From positions 33,320 through 97,319 of IMG/VR virus record IMGVR_UViG_3300006752_006525: 64,000 bases of DNA; one strand, 5' to 3'. The stretch's first letter is position 1; the number at the start of each line of letters is the position of its first letter. This document shows, one piece after another, positions 46,276-56,108 of this stretch. Position numbers and translations under genes: made by a program. Under the pieces are notes generated by a model. The model was not told where the DNA came from and made no database searches. It worked only from the letters and a program-made list of their open reading frames with translations. The stretch comes from a virus.

Positions 46276-46870
46276 CTATAAAGTATACAACAATGTTCTT
46301 AGTGAAACACAAATTAAACAATGGAAAAAGTTTTACGTAGAACAGGCTACATTTGCATATAACAGTGTTGACAGAGAACAACACGGTACAAGTTTTTTAC
46401 AGAATACTGGATGGGACTTAAAACGTTCTATTGAGATGTTTGGTATAGATGAATGGATAGAACCTTACATCAAACCAGTAGAACCAAAAGTTAAAGCAAA
46501 CGATTTTCACGATGCATATCTCAATGCATTACTATCAGGCGATGACTTTTGTGAACATCAGGACATCATAGATACTACAGATGACATGTATTATGTGAGT
46601 TGTGTATTGATGTTGAATCCTTACATGACTGAAAAAGATGCAGGGTTTGTGCTTGACGATACACTTATCCCATACGAGTTTAACAAACTAATAGTGTTCA
46701 ACGGTAAACAAACACATAAGCCGTTAGCACCCAAAGAAGGTTGGGTAAGACTTAGTTACTATTGTAGTTTTTCTAATGCATTCAAGGTTAGATACAATGC
46801 TAACAATACTAAATCAAGCAATCCGTGGCATAGAGACATAATAATTAACCAGAAATTCACTGGTCAATAA
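46265..46870 (+). CDS. 2OG-Fe(II) oxygenase-like protein
   Basis: HQD…FNG..TH…VRLS. Confidence 0.7.
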   Translation: MANNYKVYNNVLSETQIKQWKKFYVEQATFAYNSVDREQHGTSFLQNTGWDLKRSIEMFGIDEWIEPYIKPVEPKVKANDFHDAYLNALLSGDDFCEHQDIIDTTDDMYYVSCVLMLNPYMTEKDAGFVLDDTLIPYEFNKLIVFNGKQTHKPLAPKEGWVRLSYYCSFSNAFKVRYNANNTKSSNPWHRDIIINQKFTGQ

Positions 46871-46931
46871 AAGTAGATCATTAAATACTACTATAAATAA
46901 ATTTACCATTTACTATTAAGGAGCAGACAAA

Positions 46932-47222
46932 ATGGCAGAAGAAAATCAAGTAGAAGTCGAAGAGCAGGTTGAAGCACCCGCAGAAGGACAAGATGGTGTT
47001 GCTACACCTGAAAGTATCTCATTACAAGACTTACAAGTACTTGCACAGATTGTAGATCTAGCAAGTCAACGTGGGGCATTTAGAGGTGCTGAATTAACAC
47101 AAGTCGGTAGCATTTTCGACAAATTAAATGCATTTTTAGGCTTTGTTGCAGAACAACAAGCCGCTAACGCAGAAGCCGAAGAAGGTGAGGGAGAGCCTGA
47201 AGCGCCTGCAGAAGGAGAATAA
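46932..47222 (+). CDS. acidic late hypothetical protein
   Basis: TATAAATA at 46892; IVDLASQRGAFRG.EL..VG motif. Confidence 0.7.
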   Translation: MAEENQVEVEEQVEAPAEGQDGVATPESISLQDLQVLAQIVDLASQRGAFRGAELTQVGSIFDKLNAFLGFVAEQQAANAEAEEGEGEPEAPAEGE

Positions 47223-47224
47223 TC

Positions 47225-47854
47225 ATGGCAGATATTATGAAACATGTTGGAGTTTATGGAGGCAAACCTTGTGTTGTAGTCTTCCGTGAAGTTCCAAATG
47301 AACCAGAAAATTGTTTGATTGTACTTAGTGACGCACTTGAAGAAACAAAGCATGATGATCTTATGAGCATTGTGTCAAGTAACGAAGGTCAGGGTGCTAG
47401 AAACATCTCTGATGTATTAGGCAGACGTCAATATACTACAGGTGAACAAGTATTAAATGATTTACACTTTACTAAGAAATTAGTTAAAGTTCCAGTAAGT
47501 CAAGTTAGTCTTACACCTACACCCAGTCAAAATGTACCATTGAGTGAAGTCAATGCTGAAATCCGCAAGATTGATGCAGACATCAAAGATGTAAGAGACC
47601 CTGCTGTTGCAAATCAAGTTGCTGAACAACCACTTATGGAAAGTTCCGCAGACGTTGTACAAGCAGAAGCACCTGTTGCTGATGTTGCTGACCAAGACCC
47701 AAGTGATATTGCTAAAGGCTTAATTGCTCAAGCAGAACTAATGGAAGAGGACGGTAATCGTATGCTACATGATGCAGACTTAAAAAGAGAAGAAGCATAC
47801 GCACTAGACCCTAAATTAAGGGGTCCAGGAAGACCAAAAAAGATCGCTAAATAA
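47225..47854 (+). CDS. hypothetical protein with C-terminal AT-hook-like GRPKK
   Basis: AGGAG RBS; MKHVG start. Confidence 0.7.
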   Translation: MADIMKHVGVYGGKPCVVVFREVPNEPENCLIVLSDALEETKHDDLMSIVSSNEGQGARNISDVLGRRQYTTGEQVLNDLHFTKKLVKVPVSQVSLTPTPSQNVPLSEVNAEIRKIDADIKDVRDPAVANQVAEQPLMESSADVVQAEAPVADVADQDPSDIAKGLIAQAELMEEDGNRMLHDADLKREEAYALDPKLRGPGRPKKIAK

Positions 47855-47881
47855 GTGTAGTACACTATAAGGAGAACACCG

Positions 47882-48226
47882 GTGAGCAAGTCTGCCCCAC
47901 AGGTTGTATTGCTAGGAAAAGGCAAGAGCGACCACACTGATGAGATGTCTAAATTAATTGATGATATCAAACCAGAAAACATACCAGCTCAATTCTTAGA
48001 AGGTGTTTACGTTACTACACCTAGTGGTAAGAAGTATCAAATAGATCCTCGATTATATGCAGACCGTGGGTTGAATTATAAAAATGTCGGGGACTATATT
48101 GATACACTTAAACTCAACATTGACGAGAGTCCAGAAACAATCGAGGTCGTAATAGACCTCGATGCTACTAAAAAAATCCTATCTAAAAGTGTTAAGTCCT
48201 TAACAGATATTTTAGAAGGCGACTAA
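47882..48226 (+). CDS. hypothetical protein (GTG start)
   Basis: AGGAG RBS, GCTAAATA upstream. Confidence 0.65.
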   Translation: MSKSAPQVVLLGKGKSDHTDEMSKLIDDIKPENIPAQFLEGVYVTTPSGKKYQIDPRLYADRGLNYKNVGDYIDTLKLNIDESPETIEVVIDLDATKKILSKSVKSLTDILEGD

Positions 48227-48586
48227 TAACCAACACATCAATACATAAGTCGCAAAATGTGCGCCTTGATCAATACCATGCATTATCCAATACTGATGAT
48301 CATTTGGTGTTAGTGGTGGGTTAGCCGTTGCTAAACTACTGCTTTTGATGTAGTCTACGTGATAGTGTAAAAACGTATCAAGTAAAAAACCTACTGCTAG
48401 TGCAGGCCATATACCTACTCCTGCACTCCATAATACGATAAAACTGCCTATGCCATGAAGTCCTGCGTGAAGCATTCCTCCGTCGCCACCGTATATATGT
48501 TTATCTTTGAATTGATATCGAGTCTGTACAAAATAATCAAATATATAATGCTTGATCATTAGACCGATTAATAGAGCGATGTCCAT
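48212..48586 (-). CDS. DUF3307-family membrane protein
   Basis: KH..FDY..Q…H…H…HY.VDY.K…DQ..H conserved His pattern. Confidence 0.75.
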   Translation of the reverse strand: MDIALLIGLMIKHYIFDYFVQTRYQFKDKHIYGGDGGMLHAGLHGIGSFIVLWSAGVGIWPALAVGFLLDTFLHYHVDYIKSSSLATANPPLTPNDHQYWIMHGIDQGAHFATYVLMCWLLVAF

Positions 48587-48618
48587 GTGTGTTCCTCCTG
48601 TCTACTCTACTGTATTTA

Positions 48619-49284
48619 TTACTTGTACCCTATTTGCATAAAACGAGTGTACACAGGCGTTTTTAAGGCGCCTACGTAACGTGTATTGCTTAATGGGTAC
48701 TTAGATTGCATATCATCTATGCTTTGACAAGTGTTTATATGGCCATTAAAATCAGGTGAGTCGTTGGTTTGCATGACTATTAGTTGCTCGTTACTAGCAG
48801 TTTCAAACCAACTTGTATCCATGTGTTCACAACTGGTATTGATAACTACGTTTGGTGTAACTTCTATCAGTTCGCCACCTGTTTGAAACTCCATATTATC
48901 TGTGGACAGCATCGATACATCAGCAACGACACCTTTATATTTCCAAGAATTTTCGACATATCGTCTATTGAATATTTCGCTTTTGCTAACTGCAACTGGA
49001 TCTACATCAAACCCATACAATCTTTCTATGCTAAACGAATCGTGAAGCAGTGGTACCAAACTACCAATCCAACAACCTAACAATGCCCATGTGGTGTTAG
49101 ATTCAATTGGTACCACTTGTAAACAGTTCTTTAACCATATTTTGCTTGCCATTTGTCCTAGACTGAATGCGTCTTTTGGGTACAGTTGACTATTAACTAA
49201 CTCTAGATAACTAGGCTTAAAAGAACCTAATTCATCACACCAATCTCTTACTTGGTCCCATGATTCTAGATTGACATTACTCAT
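48619..49284 (-). CDS. class I SAM-dependent methyltransferase-like protein
   Basis: DAFS.GQ..SK.WL, LLGCW.G, FDVDP, VINTSCEHM. Confidence 0.7.
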   Translation of the reverse strand: MSNVNLESWDQVRDWCDELGSFKPSYLELVNSQLYPKDAFSLGQMASKIWLKNCLQVVPIESNTTWALLGCWIGSLVPLLHDSFSIERLYGFDVDPVAVSKSEIFNRRYVENSWKYKGVVADVSMLSTDNMEFQTGGELIEVTPNVVINTSCEHMDTSWFETASNEQLIVMQTNDSPDFNGHINTCQSIDDMQSKYPLSNTRYVGALKTPVYTRFMQIGYK

Positions 49285-52200
49285 TGTCTTCTTTGTAACG
49301 GTTCTCTAGCCATTCGTAGTCGTTGATTTTAGCAAGTCTTACAGGCTTATTGATATTCTCTTTTGCATACACTGTGCCTGCTTGGGCTCCTGCTCTTGCG
49401 GCTTCTTTGAACTCAGCATCTTTAGCAGGGTTCATCCATTGAGATAGTCTTTGTATGCTGTCTTGATCTGCATTCACTGTTAACTTAACACACTCTCTGA
49501 ATGCACCACGCCATGTAGAGAACTCGTCTGTGTTAAATTTAGTTGTACTTGCAACTTCAGGCATTGCTTTGAACCTACTGCTAAGTCCTGTTGTAAAGTC
49601 TAGTCCCCAACTTGTAGCATCTAATACTTGTTTGGTGTTAAACAACTTGATACCACCATAACCATATTCAGTGCCTGTGATTGGATTACGTGCAAGCCAT
49701 ACATGTACAACTTCTTGGTCGTACACATCAGGTATGTACGAGAAGTCAAACTCATCGTCAACCATGCTGTCTGCATCAACTACCCAGAACATTGAGGTAC
49801 CTACTTGCTTTGCGGCTTCTTGGTGTGCTGAGAATATTCCGTCGATGTCTCTTACCCATAGTGCATTAGGGAACCTTGCTTGTAGACGCTTATATGCGTT
49901 CTCAGCATAGGTTTCGTGGTAGGAAAGGAACACAATATCATATGATTTATACGTGCTACCCGGCTCTCTAACATACTGTAGACCACGAATCTTGTTTAAG
50001 AATATCTGATCTGTTGTTAAACTAGCATAGTCTTTGTTAGTAGGCCACAGGCGTAATCCACCATAACTGTGTGTCTTTTGTGTATGCGGATTGAGTCTTT
50101 GCCATACGTGAACTTTGTCTATGTTGTTCAATTGTGGCATAAAACTATCATCAATTACTTCTGTGTACACATCAACATCTGTGTCTGTTGTCCAAGCAAA
50201 CGAATGCCCTTGCTCTTTGTGTTCATTAATTTGTTTGACAAACTCATCTCTGTCTGTAACAGTTGCCATATCAATAATAGGAAATGCTGTTGTTGTACTT
50301 GCTACAATATCTACTTGCTTTAAGTTGGCAAAACTGTTGTTTGTTACTTCTTTTATACCTAAGCCATGCTTACCTGCAAAGGTTCCTTTAGGTACAAGTC
50401 TAACGTTTCTGTATTCATCTTGTGCTGAACGGAACACATGAACTGTTTTCTCTTCCCATTTGTTTGGTGAGAACTTATAGTTCCAGCCTGGGAATCGTTT
50501 GGTAAACGGATCAATTAGCCAGTACATACTGCTTGTACACTTCTTATCAAACTGTTCTGCCTGCTTGATGTAATCGTGTGCAGGATCAATAACACACATT
50601 TCAAATATGCGTTGTGTACTACCTACTTCTTCTAACAGCAATTGATTCTCAATCTCACTGGTACGAAGCATTTCGTCTGTGAGCTGTTTGGTAGGCTTGA
50701 AACTAGTTGGGAACAATCTTAGACCACCATAGCCGGCTACTTTACCATCCTCTTCGTTAACACGTTGCCAAACATGTACACGATCGTGATTATCAAGTTT
50801 AGGAGAATAACTGCTGTAAATTAATGCACGTTTTTCTTCTACGTCTGGATCAATAACCCAAACATAGTCTGAGCTTTTGTGTTTTTCAAGTATCTCTTTG
50901 AGCTCACCAACTGTGACATCTGTAAATCTTTCCACTGGCCATAGACTTGGTTTTACATTGATAGTGTCTAGCACTTTCAAAGGTGTAAAACTGTTGTTCG
51001 CTATATCTTCTACAGACATGTCGTTTGGATATGTCTCTTTGGGGTATAGTCGCACATAGCGATTTTGGTTTGTGGTTTCAAACACATGCACAGTTGATTT
51101 GTCCCACTGATTTGGCAAGTAATGAAGTTCTTCCTCATTGATTTCTACACCTGGATCTATCACCCAATACATGCCTGCTTCAGTCTTAACATCAAAGTCA
51201 TTTAACTGCGTAACCATTGCTTCGCTGTCAGTGATTTGATATACTGGATAAGTGTTTAACACACTGCCTGGTTCTTCTATGTAACGTTGTGATTCACAAT
51301 CACTTGTTACTAATTGTTCTGTTGTTACTTCATCTAAATCAAAGTTTGTAGGCCATAAACGCAATCCAGCATAGTTAATAATGCTGTCTTCTTTGTCTAC
51401 ACACTGCCATACATGTACTTTGGTTGGATCAATTGGCATATTAAATAACTGTGGGTTGCCGTCCGGACTATATAGTTCTCCCATAACCGTACTCTTGGCT
51501 TGAACATCCGGGTCTACACTCCATATGTATTTGTGTCCTTGTTCTTTATAACTGTTCAACAATGAACGCATTTTTTCCACAGTTACATCTTCCCACTTAG
51601 TGAACTTGTGTACCAACCAACTTTCTTGTACACTGGCAACTTGGTCTATAAGTTTAATATCAGGGAAACTGTTATAACTTACATCGTCTGCTGTAAATCC
51701 ATGTTCACCATGGAATAAGTGTGTAGGATATAGTCTTACATTTCTGTATGTTCCTGCATTAGTACGGAATACATGAACTGTGTTTATATCCCACCTTGTT
51801 GGGTAGTAATCAAACTCAAAGCCAGGTTCTAGCACTGTGAATGGATCAACTGCCCAAAACATTTCTGCTTTACATTCTCCTGCAATGTTTTCCAACTGTG
51901 TAATAATATCTGTTGACATATCCAAGTTCCAAACAGGAATAGTTTTCTGTGTACAACCTGGTTCATCCATATACTCACAGTTTTTAACATCGTTCAAACG
52001 TAATTGGTCTGTGGTAATACCACCTACATTAAAATCTGTACTCCATAGTCTAACACCGGAGTTACTGAGAACTTCTCCTTTATCGTTTACACGTTGGTAA
52101 GCAACAACTTTGCCGGAGAAGTTTGTTGTTTGTTCTTGATTAAGTGTTTGCTTAAACACTTTGGTAATTGCTTTTACATCTGGATCTACGGTCCAAACAT

Positions 52201-54343
52201 AAGGCACACTGTTGTTCTTGTGTGATGCTAATATTTTACCTAGCTCTGCAACGTTAAACTTCTCAAATTCAACAACAGGATATGTAGGTAACTTACTTGC
52301 CACTGTAGGCATTTCTTTAAGGTATTGAAAACTGTTATAGCGATAGTCTTCTTCAGAATACATGTGAATACCTGGTTCAAATGTATCCTTAGGAACAAGT
52401 CTAACGTCTCTGTATTCTTGCTTTTCGTTTTGGAATACATGAACTTTGTCTATGTCATATTGCGTAGGGTAGTAATCAAAGTTAAAGTCCTCTGCAGGTT
52501 CTACACCTGGGTCCAGCACCCAATACATTTTTGTTTGTGTTTTATCATCAAACTCTTCCAATTGACTAATAAGACCTCTGTTTGTTTTCAAATGGTATAC
52601 AGGATATTCTCTCTGCGTACTAGCAGGTGCCATAACAAATTTAGGTCTGCCCTTACTGGTTTTATTTTTAGGGCATAACATGACTCCACCGTAATCATAT
52701 TGCTTGTTTGTAACAGGATTTAGTTTTTGCCACGTGTGATTTTTACCCGAGTCATTGATGTCTGGTAACCAATCAAAATCAAATGTGTCTAATACAACAA
52801 CATCAGGATCAACTACCCAGAACCAATCATGTTTAGTACGAGCTCTACCTTCACTTTCTGTAGAGAAAATTTCATACCTCACAAACTCAATATCACTGCT
52901 ACCCAAGTTACCTTGATACTTTGCACTGCTAGGATCATACTGCTTAGGAACTAACTTGGCACCACCACAGCGATTATCACTTACATTTTTAATCTCTAAC
53001 GGATACTTGTGGCTTAACTGCCCAGGTACTTTGAATATGTTTATGTAACGTTGATCGTATATAGCAGGAACGTACTTGATAAAGTTATCTACTAACTGAT
53101 ACTCTTCATCCACTAACCAAAATGCATCTGTGTGACTTTTACGTGCATACTTCTCATAGTTTGTTAAATCTTCATGCGGCACATAAAAGATATCATATCT
53201 CACAGGCACAATGTCAGTGTGCAGTTTCTGTTGTGTGATATCAAAGTTTTTATTGACTAGATATATACCACCAACACGTTCGTCCCACAGTTCTGTTACT
53301 TCAGGATCATATCTATCTTCTAATCCCCATTTGAATACATGTATATATTCTTGCTCGTGTTCTGCAGGTACATATAAAAGTTTACCGTTGAAGTCATATG
53401 TTCTATCAACTACCCAAAACCAATCAGTACCGGCACGTTCAGCATAATGATCAAATGTATCTGCATCAAACTTTCTGTTTGTGTAAAATACATCATAGTT
53501 CTCATCTTCTATAGGACAATCTTTGTGTATCTTTACAGGTGCATTTTTCCATTGCTTTGGTACTAAACGTATACCTCCCATTGCCATAGGATACTTTTCG
53601 TTTAATTGATACGGCATACGGAAACTGTGAACCATATCACGTTCAAAAGGATTAGGTACCCAGTCAACATCACCTGGATTTACTCTGTATTCTTTGTCAA
53701 TTAACCAAACGTACTCGTCATTAAACGTATCACGTTGGCTGTAGTTGTCTACATCTTCTACATATAATACAGGATAGTCAACTACATTGTTCAAGAAGCC
53801 ATGATACTTCATGTGTGCTTTCTTGTGATCTCTTGGGAATAATTTTACACCTCCCTCACTCTCAGGATACAAATGTTCTAGTTGACCTTTCAAATGGAAA
53901 CTGTGAATAAAGTTAGGCTCAAAATTACCTGGTGCCCAATCAATATCATCTGTTAATACATACTCAGGATCTACACACCATACATGACTTGCATGTGGGT
54001 TCTGATCAAAATACTTACCAGGTGTTTTCTTACGCAACACTTCAAATGTTCTTTTACATACAACTCTGTTGACTTGTTTTGTTTCTTCTTCTGGATTTTT
54101 GCTGGGTATTAATCTAAGACCACCATAGTTACCTCTGTCCCATTTGAATACATGCTCATACTTGTGATCATAATCATTTGGTCTGAATTCAAAGATGCCA
54201 TAGTCTGTTACTTCGATACTAGGCTCTACTAACCAAAACATTTTTGTACGTGGATTAATATCTTCGAGACTTTCTACCTGCTTTGCAACAGGCAAATCCT
54301 CTTTTAATTTTTCATTTGAACCTAGGTAATAAATGTCAAACAT
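49277..54343 (-). CDS. 1688-aa protein built of ~15 tandem GT-A-like glycosyltransferase modules
   Basis: Repeating W(V/L)(V/I)D(P/A)D…(F/Y).P…VHV(F/W)…(Y)GG..L.P unit; full-length terminal domain with DAD. Confidence 0.65.
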   Translation of the reverse strand: MFDIYYLGSNEKLKEDLPVAKQVESLEDINPRTKMFWLVEPSIEVTDYGIFEFRPNDYDHKYEHVFKWDRGNYGGLRLIPSKNPEEETKQVNRVVCKRTFEVLRKKTPGKYFDQNPHASHVWCVDPEYVLTDDIDWAPGNFEPNFIHSFHLKGQLEHLYPESEGGVKLFPRDHKKAHMKYHGFLNNVVDYPVLYVEDVDNYSQRDTFNDEYVWLIDKEYRVNPGDVDWVPNPFERDMVHSFRMPYQLNEKYPMAMGGIRLVPKQWKNAPVKIHKDCPIEDENYDVFYTNRKFDADTFDHYAERAGTDWFWVVDRTYDFNGKLLYVPAEHEQEYIHVFKWGLEDRYDPEVTELWDERVGGIYLVNKNFDITQQKLHTDIVPVRYDIFYVPHEDLTNYEKYARKSHTDAFWLVDEEYQLVDNFIKYVPAIYDQRYINIFKVPGQLSHKYPLEIKNVSDNRCGGAKLVPKQYDPSSAKYQGNLGSSDIEFVRYEIFSTESEGRARTKHDWFWVVDPDVVVLDTFDFDWLPDINDSGKNHTWQKLNPVTNKQYDYGGVMLCPKNKTSKGRPKFVMAPASTQREYPVYHLKTNRGLISQLEEFDDKTQTKMYWVLDPGVEPAEDFNFDYYPTQYDIDKVHVFQNEKQEYRDVRLVPKDTFEPGIHMYSEEDYRYNSFQYLKEMPTVASKLPTYPVVEFEKFNVAELGKILASHKNNSVPYVWTVDPDVKAITKVFKQTLNQEQTTNFSGKVVAYQRVNDKGEVLSNSGVRLWSTDFNVGGITTDQLRLNDVKNCEYMDEPGCTQKTIPVWNLDMSTDIITQLENIAGECKAEMFWAVDPFTVLEPGFEFDYYPTRWDINTVHVFRTNAGTYRNVRLYPTHLFHGEHGFTADDVSYNSFPDIKLIDQVASVQESWLVHKFTKWEDVTVEKMRSLLNSYKEQGHKYIWSVDPDVQAKSTVMGELYSPDGNPQLFNMPIDPTKVHVWQCVDKEDSIINYAGLRLWPTNFDLDEVTTEQLVTSDCESQRYIEEPGSVLNTYPVYQITDSEAMVTQLNDFDVKTEAGMYWVIDPGVEINEEELHYLPNQWDKSTVHVFETTNQNRYVRLYPKETYPNDMSVEDIANNSFTPLKVLDTINVKPSLWPVERFTDVTVGELKEILEKHKSSDYVWVIDPDVEEKRALIYSSYSPKLDNHDRVHVWQRVNEEDGKVAGYGGLRLFPTSFKPTKQLTDEMLRTSEIENQLLLEEVGSTQRIFEMCVIDPAHDYIKQAEQFDKKCTSSMYWLIDPFTKRFPGWNYKFSPNKWEEKTVHVFRSAQDEYRNVRLVPKGTFAGKHGLGIKEVTNNSFANLKQVDIVASTTTAFPIIDMATVTDRDEFVKQINEHKEQGHSFAWTTDTDVDVYTEVIDDSFMPQLNNIDKVHVWQRLNPHTQKTHSYGGLRLWPTNKDYASLTTDQIFLNKIRGLQYVREPGSTYKSYDIVFLSYHETYAENAYKRLQARFPNALWVRDIDGIFSAHQEAAKQVGTSMFWVVDADSMVDDEFDFSYIPDVYDQEVVHVWLARNPITGTEYGYGGIKLFNTKQVLDATSWGLDFTTGLSSRFKAMPEVASTTKFNTDEFSTWRGAFRECVKLTVNADQDSIQRLSQWMNPAKDAEFKEAARAGAQAGTVYAKENINKPVRLAKINDYEWLENRYKEDNE

Positions 54344-54626
54344 CTTTGCTTCTCGTTTCCTGTATGTGTTTTAATTTGTCTATCCTTTCCTCAATCATGC
54401 TAAAAAGTTGTTCGTTTTCCATTTGTGTTTTGGCAACTGTCTCAACTAAATTATGTAACTTTTGCTGTTGATCGGTAATGTATTGCTTAATGTTTCTAAG
54501 TTTTCTATTTACTATATTTACTTCATATAGGCTACAATGAACCGAGTGTTCTGGCAGTACAGCACTGCATTCCAAACATCTGCCCTCTAATATTTTTTGT
54601 ACTGTGTCTAATTCTTCTTCAGTCAC
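54336..54626 (-). CDS. hypothetical protein with CxxC…HxxxC and coiled coil
   Basis: CLEC…HSVHC. Confidence 0.6.
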   Translation of the reverse strand: MTEEELDTVQKILEGRCLECSAVLPEHSVHCSLYEVNIVNRKLRNIKQYITDQQQKLHNLVETVAKTQMENEQLFSMIEERIDKLKHIQETRSKDV

Positions 54627-55329
54627 TGATCCAATTCCATAACTTCAAATCTTCTGAGCATAATTGTTCACATACTGTATTCACTGTGTTTGTTTGATGT
54701 TGTGCAGGAAAGCCTTCTGGGAAATGTTCATACTTTGTAGACTCGTTGGCCCTCACTATTTCACGTTCTTGCATACCTAAATGATCATGAATTAATTGCA
54801 CTACATCATCACCATCTCCCCACTTGGTAAATGAAAACGTATCGTCAGTCCATTCCATGTATTCCATGAAGTCGAGTACTCTAGCATTCATAACCCAATT
54901 ACGTTTACCAAACCTTTTAGTTGCTATATACTCTTTTCTAATAGGTATTTGTCCTATTTGAGGATGTATGTGAGAGTCTACTGCACTTGGTAAATGTGTA
55001 AACAATGCAACATTACTAACACTGTATCCATAATCTCTGCGAATGTTAGCAGTAAAATGATCTATTTGACTGCGGAGTCTATGGTAAGGATTTCTAAGAA
55101 AGATATGAAAATGCTGTGGTTGTGTTAAATCCTCATAATCCTTATCTGGCATCACTGCCCACTCACCTGGAATATTTCTCGATGCACTGGTACTACCGCC
55201 TTTGGCAAATGTCACCATAAAGTTGCCGTCATTGTGGTATATGTTACCCCAATATGGATCTTCATGATCAGGAAACTCCAGTTGTCTGTGTTCCCAAGCC
55301 AAATAAGAGTATGCGTCTTGCATCTTCAT
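54619..55329 (-). CDS. sulfotransferase (family 2-like)
   Basis: AKGGSTS (5'-PSB), FLRNP..RL.S (3'-PB), H..PQ. Start reassigned to the ATGA overlap at 55329. Confidence 0.6.
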   Translation of the reverse strand: MKMQDAYSYLAWEHRQLEFPDHEDPYWGNIYHNDGNFMVTFAKGGSTSASRNIPGEWAVMPDKDYEDLTQPQHFHIFLRNPYHRLRSQIDHFTANIRRDYGYSVSNVALFTHLPSAVDSHIHPQIGQIPIRKEYIATKRFGKRNWVMNARVLDFMEYMEWTDDTFSFTKWGDGDDVVQLIHDHLGMQEREIVRANESTKYEHFPEGFPAQHQTNTVNTVCEQLCSEDLKLWNWISD

Positions 55330-56108
55330 GTTGCTAACCTCCATAGTATAGTGTCTTCTTTGTAAATTGTTTGTTGACCACACCATGGTGCAAAGTCAGG
55401 TATTTCTTCAGCAACAAACGTTGTCCTATCGCCGTACCAGTTATCTTTTCTATACACATCTTTAAGAACTGTAGGATCTATACCTACACATTCTAAGAGA
55501 AAATTATTTACAGCATTATCAGTTTTCATTTTATAAAATTTATAATGATCGGGTCCTGCAAGTATACTGTCAACTACATTTAAGTCCTTGAGAATAAACT
55601 TCCAATCCACAAGTTCATGCAAAGACTGATGATGGAAGTCGCCTAGCTCTTCGCACCTAGACAGTATTGTTCTGTATAGCTCACTGTTTTTGCGGAAAGG
55701 TATTAAACAATGTTGAGGTGCAGAATGAATATTAATAACTTTATGAAAGTGTGAAAAGAATTCATGCGGTACTGGCCCTAGGCCCCACATGGTTTTTATT
55801 TCTCTGTGAGCATGGTTTATTACACTGGCAAGTCTTTCTACAGGTTCTCTGACCAATGCACAAAATGTTTGTGGTTGTTTTAAGTCACAGTCTGGATTCC
55901 TAGGAACTGAACCAAGCTCATCCATATTCAGTGTGCCTAGTATACTTGTTTGACATGCTTTTGTTATACGAACTATCCACTTATCCAGTATAGGATCTAT
56001 GTCTAGTGGTCTGTCGCTGTAAAGTATTTCTGATTCTCGCGGACTACTGCGATAATTTGATACCATGTGATAAACAGTGGTAAACTCTTGTTGCAGTTGA
56101 ACAGACAT
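55326..56108 (-). CDS. sulfotransferase (family 2-like)
   Basis: ITKACQTS, LVREPVERL.S, HSAPQ. Confidence 0.6.
   Translation of the reverse strand: MSVQLQQEFTTVYHMVSNYRSSPRESEILYSDRPLDIDPILDKWIVRITKACQTSILGTLNMDELGSVPRNPDCDLKQPQTFCALVREPVERLASVINHAHREIKTMWGLGPVPHEFFSHFHKVINIHSAPQHCLIPFRKNSELYRTILSRCEELGDFHHQSLHELVDWKFILKDLNVVDSILAGPDHYKFYKMKTDNAVNNFLLECVGIDPTVLKDVYRKDNWYGDRTTFVAEEIPDFAPWCGQQTIYKEDTILWRLAT

Noticed and set aside
49277-54343. Diversity-generating retroelement behind the repeats
   Set aside because: No reverse transcriptase and no near-identical TR/VR pair differing at adenines
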